A stretch of 32,000 nucleotides of DNA, from the NCBI GenBank assembly GCA_963675915.1, contig OY780959.1, forward strand, positions 750,001-782,000. The letters run 5' to 3'. Below the pieces are notes generated by a model, which was not told the origin of the DNA, ran no database searches, and was given only the letters and a program-made list of their open reading frames with translations. A program made the translations under genes and the position numbers. Source of the stretch: Coprobacillaceae bacterium (lineage in GTDB: Bacteria > Bacillota_I > Bacilli_A > Erysipelotrichales > Coprobacillaceae). Shown here piece after piece: positions 25,479-32,000 of the stretch. Each line of letters starts with the position of its first letter. Position 1 is the first letter of the stretch.

Positions 25479-26877
25479 TTTTGATCGTGAATTACATGAA
25501 GAATGTGGTGTTTTCGGTGTGGCCGGAGTCGATGGTGCGGCTTCATACACTTACTACGGATTACATTCTTTACAACATAGAGGCCAGGAAGCTGCCGGTA
25601 TTTTAGTAAGCGGTGAAGATGGTTTGACTATTCGTAAAGATGAAGGATTGGTTTCTGAAATCTTTTCTAGGTCAAGACTGGAACGTTTGCCAGGTACATC
25701 AGCTATTGGTCATGTCCGTTATTCTACCGCCGGAGGTGGGGGGATTGCCAATGTGCAACCATTGCTTTTTAGAACTAACGAAGGATCAATGGGGATTGCG
25801 CATAATGGAAATCTAGTTAATGCGAACGATCTTAAATCGGATTTGGAAAAACAAGGAAGTATTTTCAACTCGACTTCGGATACCGAAGTGATCGCCCATC
25901 TGATCAAGAGAAATTATGGAAAGATGATTGATCGTATCTGTAATTCTTTAAGAGCAATCGATGGTGCTTTTGCGGTTTTGATCTTGTTTGAAGATGCTTT
26001 ATACGTTGCCCGTGACCGTTACGGACTGCGTCCGCTTTCAATCGGACAATTACCTAACGGAGCTTATGTTTTCGCATCGGAAACATGTGCTTTTGAAATC
26101 ATCGGAGCCAAATTCATCCGTGATGTTAAACCTGGTGAAGTAATCAGGGTTAAAGACGGTGAAATGAAATCAACACTATACTGTAATTCTACTTGCGACA
26201 ATATGTGTGCAATGGAATACATTTATTTTGCCAGACCGGATTCTGACATCAATGGAATCAACGTCCATATGTCAAGAAAAGCAGCCGGGAAGAAATTATT
26301 CGAGGAAGCACCAGTCAAAGCTGATGTAGTCATCGGGGTGCCTGATTCATCAATTTCCGCAGCTATCGGTTATGCCGAAGTATCGGGAATTCCTTATGAA
26401 ATGGGTCTGGTAAAAAACAAATATGTCGGACGTACCTTCATCCAGCCAACTCAAGAACTTCGTGAGCTTGGGGTAAGAATGAAACTGTCGGCAGTATCAA
26501 CAATTCTTAAAGACAAAGTAGTTGTCATGATCGATGATTCAATCGTTCGGGGAACCACTTCAAGAAGAATTGTCAAACTGTTAAAAGAAGCAGGGGCCAA
26601 AGAAGTGCATGTCAGAATCGCTTCTCCGGCAATCAAGTTCCCATGTTTCTACGGGGTGGACACTTCAACAGTGGATGAACTGATTTCACATCGTTTATCA
26701 GTTCAACTGCTCAAAAAACATATCGGAGCTGATTCACTTTACTTCATCTCTGAACAAGGGATCAAGGACTGTATCTATCCGGATAATGGTCGCGATCTGT
26801 GCATGGCTTGTTTCAACGGTAACTACGTTACTAAACTATACGAAGATTATCACAAAGCCAACCGCGAAATCAAATAA
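25471..26877 (+). CDS. purF: Amidophosphoribosyltransferase (PurF), Fe-S type with 11-residue propeptide
   Basis: MNNFDRELHEE-CGVFGV gives the N-terminal nucleophile Cys after 11 residues, as in B. subtilis PurF. It also has the PRPP loop VVMIDDSIVRGTTS and cluster cysteines in CAMEY, PCFYGVD and CMAC. AAGGAG lies 6 nt upstream, and it overlaps the preceding gene by 8 nt. Confidence 0.9.
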   Translation: MNNFDRELHEECGVFGVAGVDGAASYTYYGLHSLQHRGQEAAGILVSGEDGLTIRKDEGLVSEIFSRSRLERLPGTSAIGHVRYSTAGGGGIANVQPLLFRTNEGSMGIAHNGNLVNANDLKSDLEKQGSIFNSTSDTEVIAHLIKRNYGKMIDRICNSLRAIDGAFAVLILFEDALYVARDRYGLRPLSIGQLPNGAYVFASETCAFEIIGAKFIRDVKPGEVIRVKDGEMKSTLYCNSTCDNMCAMEYIYFARPDSDINGINVHMSRKAAGKKLFEEAPVKADVVIGVPDSSISAAIGYAEVSGIPYEMGLVKNKYVGRTFIQPTQELRELGVRMKLSAVSTILKDKVVVMIDDSIVRGTTSRRIVKLLKEAGAKEVHVRIASPAIKFPCFYGVDTSTVDELISHRLSVQLLKKHIGADSLYFISEQGIKDCIYPDNGRDLCMACFNGNYVTKLYEDYHKANREIK

Positions 26878-26983
26878 TGAAAAAGGAATGGAAACATCCC
26901 TTTTTTTGTATATCTGATGATAAATCTCATAATATTTATAAGTTCGCATAATGTATATTATGCAAAATAGCAACATTTTGACA

Positions 26984-27009
26984 AATAAAAAAAGCGGTAA
27001 AAACCGCTC
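26984..27009 (-). terminator. Intrinsic terminator of the minus-strand recN-to-deoB gene string
   Basis: On the minus strand, GAGCGGT-tttt-ACCGCT is followed by a T8 run, immediately after the stop at 27010-27012. Confidence 0.65.
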
Positions 27010-27270
27010 TTAGATAATTGATATGGTCAGGAATGTAAAAATCACCCCGACAAAGATATTGATGATGATCATGAATATGTATAAGGCAAACCGCTGATTC
27101 AAGTAATTGTTGAACAGTGCCAGCGATCCAACCACCAGCAAGCCTATTCCCAAGATGTAGAAAAACAAAGTCGGGATCAAAATATCGATTTGGATGCCTA
27201 CATAGAAAAACACCATCGAAAACAGAGTCGTGAATAATGATAGATAAACCAATCGTTTTGCTTCGTTCAT
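27010..27270 (-). CDS. Small integral membrane protein (86 aa, about 3 TM), hypothetical
   Basis: The product is strongly hydrophobic. Its ATG overlaps the deoB TGA (ATGA), which suggests translational coupling. Confidence 0.6.
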   Translation of the reverse strand: MNEAKRLVYLSLFTTLFSMVFFYVGIQIDILIPTLFFYILGIGLLVVGSLALFNNYLNQRFALYIFMIIINIFVGVIFTFLTISII

Positions 27271-28460
27271 CAGTTCAGTTTCTCCAATAATGAGTTTTTC
27301 TTGTCAACACCGGAAATTTCAAAATTTTCACCAATGGTATTGCCGATATGATAGAATCCTTCAAATTCACCGAGATTACGCGGTGATTTGAATTCTTTGG
27401 AATAAATGATCAGAGGGACGTTCTCACGGGTATGATCGGTTCCTATCCACGTCGGGTCGTTACCGTGGTCAGCTGTGATGATCAGTAAATCATCGTCTTC
27501 CAGTTCCCCAAGCAAAGTTTCCAGTTCCTGATCGAATGTCTTCAGGGCATTGAAATAACCTTCACGGTTGCGGCGATGACCATACATCGCATCGAAATCA
27601 ACCAGATTGGCAAAGACAAGTCCGTTGAAATCACGGTTTTTAGCCAGGTCAGTTACAATTTCCATTCCGTTTGAATTAGAAATTGAATGGATTGCTTCAG
27701 TGATTCCATTACCGTTGAAGATATCGTTGATCTTTCCAACTGAAATCACATCCAGTCCGGCTGCTTTTAAGTTGTCAAGCATGGTTGTTCCAGCTGGATC
27801 CAAAGCATAATCATGACGATTTGGAGTTCTTTCAAACAAGCCTGGTTGGGTTTCCTTATATGGCCTGGCAATCACTCGAGCCACTTTCCATTCTTCCTTC
27901 ATCAGTAATTCACGGGCGGTTTTACAGGCAGCGTAAAGTTCCTCAAGTGGAATGATGTCTTCATTGGCGGCAATTTGGAAAACGCTGTCCGCAGAAGTGT
28001 ATACAATCCAGTCACCGGTCTGTTTTTGATGTTCACCGTACTGTTCCAGAATTGTGGTTCCGGAAATCGAAATATTACCAACGCATTTTCTTCCAGTTTT
28101 TTCCTCAAAAAGTTTGATGAACTCATCCGGGAATCCGGTGTCAGTGAAGGTCTTGAATCCTTTTTCAGTCACTATCCCCATCATTTCATGATGTCCGGTT
28201 AACGTGTCTTTGGCATTGGAAACTTCTTTCAAAGTCGCTGTGTATCCCATTTGACCGCTAAGACGGTAAATTCCATTGAACTCCCCTAGCGATCCCAGTC
28301 CCAATCCTTCAAGTTGAATCAGATTGACGTCATCCGGATTCTCACCGGCAACTATATGTTTTAATGTGTTGGCTCCTTCATCGTTGAATTTGGCAGCATC
28401 GGGTGCATTGCCGATTCCAACTGAATCCATCACGATTAGAAAAATGCGTTTAAATTTCAT
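27270..28460 (-). CDS. deoB: Phosphopentomutase
   Basis: FLIVMDSVGIG, TLTGHHEMMG, GHRRN and ITADHGNDPT motifs, plus xerD-deoB synteny as in B. subtilis ripX-drm. Confidence 0.9.
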   Translation of the reverse strand: MKFKRIFLIVMDSVGIGNAPDAAKFNDEGANTLKHIVAGENPDDVNLIQLEGLGLGSLGEFNGIYRLSGQMGYTATLKEVSNAKDTLTGHHEMMGIVTEKGFKTFTDTGFPDEFIKLFEEKTGRKCVGNISISGTTILEQYGEHQKQTGDWIVYTSADSVFQIAANEDIIPLEELYAACKTARELLMKEEWKVARVIARPYKETQPGLFERTPNRHDYALDPAGTTMLDNLKAAGLDVISVGKINDIFNGNGITEAIHSISNSNGMEIVTDLAKNRDFNGLVFANLVDFDAMYGHRRNREGYFNALKTFDQELETLLGELEDDDLLIITADHGNDPTWIGTDHTRENVPLIIYSKEFKSPRNLGEFEGFYHIGNTIGENFEISGVDKKNSLLEKLN

Positions 28461-29353
28461 TTGTTACTCCTTTTTCGCTTAAAAAATGTTTCATACTCGT
28501 TTTTTAGTTTCTGTTTGGAAACGTGAGTATAGATTGTTGTGGTCGTGATATCACTGTGGCCGAGCAGTTCTTGAATTGAACGCAAATCCGCCCCATTTTC
28601 CAGGATGTGAGTTGCAAAACTGTGCCTGAAGGTATGCGGTGAAACTTTCTTGGTCACTCCACTTTGGTTGATACAAGAGGTGAAGATGTAATAGAAGTCC
28701 GACCTTGATATTGCCCCGGCTCGGTTTACAAACAGCAATTTGCTTTCATGGGCATGTTTGAAACCAGCCCGGATTTCAGTGATGTATTGATCGAGCAGCT
28801 GACAGACCAGCGGACTCAGGGGTACTATTCGCTGCTTATCCCCTTTTCCAACTATTGTCACCAATCCCATCCGGGTATTGACATCGTTGATTTTCAGATT
28901 GACCAGTTCGCTGCAGCGCATTCCAGTGCAATAGAGCAATTCCATCATGACTGAGTTTCTAAATCCCTCAGCAGAAGTCGTTTCGATTGATTCGAGAATC
29001 TGTTTGACTTCCTGGTAACTCAGAGTCTTTGGCAGCCGTGATTTGCGTTTGGGCATTTCAAACTTGTCCATCAGATTGCTGACAACCAGTTCTTCTTTGA
29101 CCAAAAAGCGAAAAAAAGTCCTTAAGGACGTCATTTTACGGGATTTGGTCAGGCTCGAATACCGGGAAAGTTCCTTGATGAACAGCCGGATATGCTCGTA
29201 ACTGATATCTTCAGTTTGGAAAATTGACATCTTGGATAAAAAATGGTTGAACTGACGCAGATCGGTTTGATAAGCCAAAACCGTATTTTGGCTAAAGCCC
29301 CGTTCAACAATCAGATACGTGGTAAATTCTTCCAATCCTTCGTTCAATTTCAT
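28457..29353 (-). CDS. xerD: Tyrosine site-specific recombinase XerD
   Basis: ERGFSQNTVLAYQTDL, GMRCSEL, HTFRHSFATH and LGHSDITTTTIYTHV supply the R-H-R-H-Y residues. The start was set at ATG 29353 with GGAGG 7 nt upstream. Confidence 0.85.
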   Translation of the reverse strand: MKLNEGLEEFTTYLIVERGFSQNTVLAYQTDLRQFNHFLSKMSIFQTEDISYEHIRLFIKELSRYSSLTKSRKMTSLRTFFRFLVKEELVVSNLMDKFEMPKRKSRLPKTLSYQEVKQILESIETTSAEGFRNSVMMELLYCTGMRCSELVNLKINDVNTRMGLVTIVGKGDKQRIVPLSPLVCQLLDQYITEIRAGFKHAHESKLLFVNRAGAISRSDFYYIFTSCINQSGVTKKVSPHTFRHSFATHILENGADLRSIQELLGHSDITTTTIYTHVSKQKLKNEYETFFKRKRSNK

Positions 29354-29418
29354 TTTATCACCTCCCACATTATACAATGACTGGTAGTAAAATACCAATC
29401 AATTGATAAAGAAATTGC

Positions 29419-30618
29419 TTAGTCCTTATTGATGAATTCCTTCTCTTCAACTTCCAGTGATGATGCTTTGACTACTTTGACAGAAGATTTGGTGTTGATT
29501 TCTTTTAACAATTCGTCTATTTTGGAAGTTTCGTTTGGTTCGGATTGCTCTTGTTCAAACAGCGAAAGCTGCATTTTCAACTTTTTCTTTGCAACCGTGT
29601 TGTTAAGCGAAACTCCAAGCAGCCTTACCATGGAGTTGTCATAGTTGTCGTCAAAAAGCATTTTTGCTGTCGAAATGATATCTTCATATTTGTTGGTGTA
29701 TTTGTTGATGATGGTCTGGCGCGAGATGCTCCGACCATTTTTATATTTGATAGTAATCGAGATTGAATTGGAAACCAGGTCTCTTTTATGGGCTCGGGTT
29801 GCGACATGATTGGCCAGTTGGGCCAAGGTATCGTAGAGATAATCGAGGTCACTGGTAATCACTTCAAGGGTGGTTGAATTGCCAACTGAACTGAGTTTAT
29901 CACGGCTTTGAACTTTCCGGGTATCAATTCCGTTGGCCTGACGGTAGATAATAAAGGCTCGATTTTTGAAAATTGTAGTCAACAAATCGTAGTTATGGTA
30001 GTTCGCCAGATCCTTGATGGTAGTGATATTGTGCTTGCGCAACACTTCCTGGGATTTTTTGCCGATACCATGGAATTCCTTGATATCCATCGGCCACATC
30101 AATTCTTTAAGGTTTCTTTTGGTAAGAATCGTGATTCCCATCGGTTTTTTCATATCGCTGGCCATCTTGGCCAAAAACATGTTATGACTGATACCGATTG
30201 AACACTTCAGGTTCAAGGTTGCATAAACTTCGTTTTGTATTTTCAACGCCAGTTCATAGGGATCCTGGTAAGTGCCATCTTCAAAGCCGGCAGTAAGATC
30301 AACATAACATTCATCGATTGATCCCACCAGCAACTGTTTGGAATAAGTGGCAACAATTGCGAAAAACTGATTCGACAGTTTGTTATAAAGTTTGAAATCC
30401 GGTGGTCTGACAATCAGGTCCTTGCATAGCTTGCGGGCTTGAAATAAAGGCATTGCAGAATGAATTCCCAATGCCCGTGCTTCATAAGATGCAGTTGTTA
30501 TTATCGCCCGGGGGCTGTCTCTGGTGATCACCAGGGGTTTGTCAGCCAGCGAGGGTTCCTGGCAGACTGCCGCCGAAGCGAAATAAGCGTTCAAATCGAT
30601 ATGGAAGATGATTCTCAT
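29419..30618 (-). CDS. dinB: DNA polymerase IV (Y-family, DinB)
   Basis: IFHIDLNAYFASA (Asp8), SIDECYVDL (Asp102/Glu103), and FHGIGKKSQ (HhH). The clamp motif QLSLF is at residues 350-354. Confidence 0.9.
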   Translation of the reverse strand: MRIIFHIDLNAYFASAAVCQEPSLADKPLVITRDSPRAIITTASYEARALGIHSAMPLFQARKLCKDLIVRPPDFKLYNKLSNQFFAIVATYSKQLLVGSIDECYVDLTAGFEDGTYQDPYELALKIQNEVYATLNLKCSIGISHNMFLAKMASDMKKPMGITILTKRNLKELMWPMDIKEFHGIGKKSQEVLRKHNITTIKDLANYHNYDLLTTIFKNRAFIIYRQANGIDTRKVQSRDKLSSVGNSTTLEVITSDLDYLYDTLAQLANHVATRAHKRDLVSNSISITIKYKNGRSISRQTIINKYTNKYEDIISTAKMLFDDNYDNSMVRLLGVSLNNTVAKKKLKMQLSLFEQEQSEPNETSKIDELLKEINTKSSVKVVKASSLEVEEKEFINKD

Positions 30619-32000
30619 CCGATTTCCTCTTGGGCCTGAAGCAACAGATTGCGGGCATGATCAAGTGATTCGGGCGAGAGATTTTCCGAAGAAATCATTT
30701 TTGCCAACTCTTCGACTTGACCCTCGAAATCAAGCTGTTGCAAAACAACCTGAGTCTTTTTGCTTTTGACCTGTTTTTTGATGAAAAGATGCTGGTTGGA
30801 ATAGGCAGCCACTTGGAAAAGATGGGTTATGGTGATTACCTGGCAACTTTTGGCGATACTGGCCATTTTGCGGCCGATTGCCGCCGCCACTTTTCCACTT
30901 ACGCCAGAATCCGCCTCATCGAAAATGATTGTTTCAATGGTGCTGTCTCGAAGCGTGATAACTTTGATTGCCAACATCACGCGGGACATCTCCCCTCCCG
31001 ATGCCACTTTGGCCAGCGGTTGGAGATCCATGCCGATGTTGGTGGAAATCAAAAACTCCACTCGGTCGAATCCGGTTTTGGTCAGCGGACCTTTTTCAAA
31101 ATCAACTTTGAAATTGACATTGACCAGATACAGTTCCTTGAGCTGCTGTTTGATATCTTTTTCAAACTTAAGACTTGCTTTTTTGCGGGTTTTCGAAATC
31201 TTCTCGGCCAACTTTTCAAGCACTTGTTCCTTCTCCTTGATCAGGGATTCCAAGCTGGTGATTTGTTCATCGCGGTTAGTGAAAGCTGCGATTTTTTCAG
31301 CAAGTTCTGCTCTGGCTGCCAAGATTTGGCTTTGTGAGGGACCGTAAATTTTTTTCAAATGATTGAACTTCGCCAGGATATCCTGAATCTCGGTGATGCG
31401 ATATTCATCGACGTCGACAGTTGTAATTTTCTGTTCAACCAATCCGGCGTGGTCTTCAATTTCATAGAGTTTGTTGTAAATTTCATCGTATTCCTGGCTG
31501 TAATCACCATAATTGTTGAGCTCGGCTAGATAATTCAGGCTCTCGTTCAATGATGAAATGCTGTTTTGGATATAATGTTTGAAAGCATCGAAATTATCCT
31601 GAATCTGGGCATAATTATCGATTGCCGACTTTTCTTCAAGCAAAGCATCGAAATCAATGTTATCGATGTCAATTTCATCGATTTTGGTCAGACGGGCTTC
31701 GTAGAATTCCAATTGTTCGTCTGAATACTCCTGCGATTGGAGATTATTAAGCTTGCTGTGAAGTTCGACATATTCTTGATAGATGCTGGTATATTCGAGC
31801 TTGTATTTCTCACTGCTGTCATCAAGTTTGTCGATAATCCCAAGATGATTGCGGGGATTGAACAAAAACTGAGTGTCGAACTGATTGTGAATCTCGACCA
31901 TCAATCTGCTTAAAGCTGAAATCAAGGATTGGGTCGTAGTGCGGTAATTAAGCTTGTAAACTGCCCGACCGGTTTTATAAATGGTTTTGGAGATGACAAT
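30615..32000 (-). CDS. recN: DNA repair protein RecN (C-terminal ~461 aa; 5' end lies beyond the window)
   Basis: The frame stays open to the window edge (...IVISKTIYKTGRAVYKLNYRTTTQS-LISALSRL...). A long coiled-coil is followed by the SMC signature ASGGEMSRVMLA and Walker B IIFDEADSGVSG. Confidence 0.85.
   Translation of the reverse strand: MVISKTIYKTGRAVYKLNYRTTTQSLISALSRLMVEIHNQFDTQFLFNPRNHLGIIDKLDDSSEKYKLEYTSIYQEYVELHSKLNNLQSQEYSDEQLEFYEARLTKIDEIDIDNIDFDALLEEKSAIDNYAQIQDNFDAFKHYIQNSISSLNESLNYLAELNNYGDYSQEYDEIYNKLYEIEDHAGLVEQKITTVDVDEYRITEIQDILAKFNHLKKIYGPSQSQILAARAELAEKIAAFTNRDEQITSLESLIKEKEQVLEKLAEKISKTRKKASLKFEKDIKQQLKELYLVNVNFKVDFEKGPLTKTGFDRVEFLISTNIGMDLQPLAKVASGGEMSRVMLAIKVITLRDSTIETIIFDEADSGVSGKVAAAIGRKMASIAKSCQVITITHLFQVAAYSNQHLFIKKQVKSKKTQVVLQQLDFEGQVEELAKMISSENLSPESLDHARNLLLQAQEEIG

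Noticed and set aside
26946-26963. Palindrome GCATAAT-gtat-ATTATGC between convergent purF and the small membrane-protein gene
   Set aside because: It is AT-rich with a short stem and sits where no promoter is expected. It has no adjacent T-run, and both flanking genes already have better terminators.
29369-29376. Extended -10-like TGTATAAT (minus strand) upstream of xerD
   Set aside because: A transcript starting about 7 nt downstream would begin inside the GGAGG RBS of xerD. It is therefore unlikely to be the functional promoter. xerD is more plausibly read through from dinB.
30717-31347. 206-aa and 172-aa plus-strand ORFs overlapping recN
   Set aside because: They are antisense to the recN coiled-coil and SMC region and have no initiation signals. 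The translations have no recognisable motifs.
1-32000. Scan for CRISPR arrays, tRNA/rRNA genes, prophage or known defence modules
   Set aside because: No intergenic region exceeds about 420 bp and none shows regularly spaced direct repeats. I recognised no restriction-modification, toxin-antitoxin pair, Abi, CBASS, retron or Cas-like protein among the ORFs.

Overview
This window looks like core chromosome of a low-GC Gram-positive bacterium (Bacilli, Erysipelotrichia or wall-less-relative type). It uses the standard genetic code: TGA is a stop (e.g. 6148-6150) and Trp is TGG. Gene order matches well-known Bacillus subtilis neighbourhoods: yneF...plsY-parE-parC, yqeH-yqeI(yhbY)-nadD-yqeK-rsfS-yqeM, and xerD(ripX)-deoB(drm).

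Layout:
- 118-2673 (-): large secreted lipoprotein with a glycoside-hydrolase-like domain and a CE4 deacetylase domain.
- 3091-4763: the only clearly mobile DNA, an intact IS6-family insertion sequence with 12-bp inverted repeats and an 8-bp target duplication.
- 4786-8366 (+): small housekeeping genes (HD hydrolase, YitT, YneF, histidine phosphatase).
- 8755-9357 (-): plsY, divergent from a roughly 11-kb tightly packed plus-strand gene string (9463-20478): parE, parC, yqeH, yhbY, a fused nadD-yqeK, rsfS, a SAM methyltransferase, mtnN and a 772-aa U32-family protein.
- 20536-21503: an XRE regulator and a YfcE-type phosphoesterase.
- 21659-22417: two tandem, monocistronic orphan PTS EIIB (cellobiose-type) paralogs.
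- 22600-26877: a four-gene string of ACT (UPF0237), UPF0210, a DUF815 AAA ATPase and purF.
- 27010-32000 (-): recN (5' end outside the window), dinB, xerD, deoB and a small membrane protein.

I found no CRISPR array, tRNA, rRNA, prophage or recognisable defence system. The items most worth follow-up are function-unknown or unusually arranged modules rather than an obvious new system:
- the ACT/UPF0210/DUF815/purF operon
- the duplicated orphan EIIB genes
- the PelA/PgaB-like lipoprotein
- the double-module U32 protein at the end of a ribosome-biogenesis operon
- the long zinc-finger-extended IS6 transposase
- a promoter/terminator-bounded orphan unit between plsY and the phosphatase gene

All family assignments come from reading motifs by eye. 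No database search was run.
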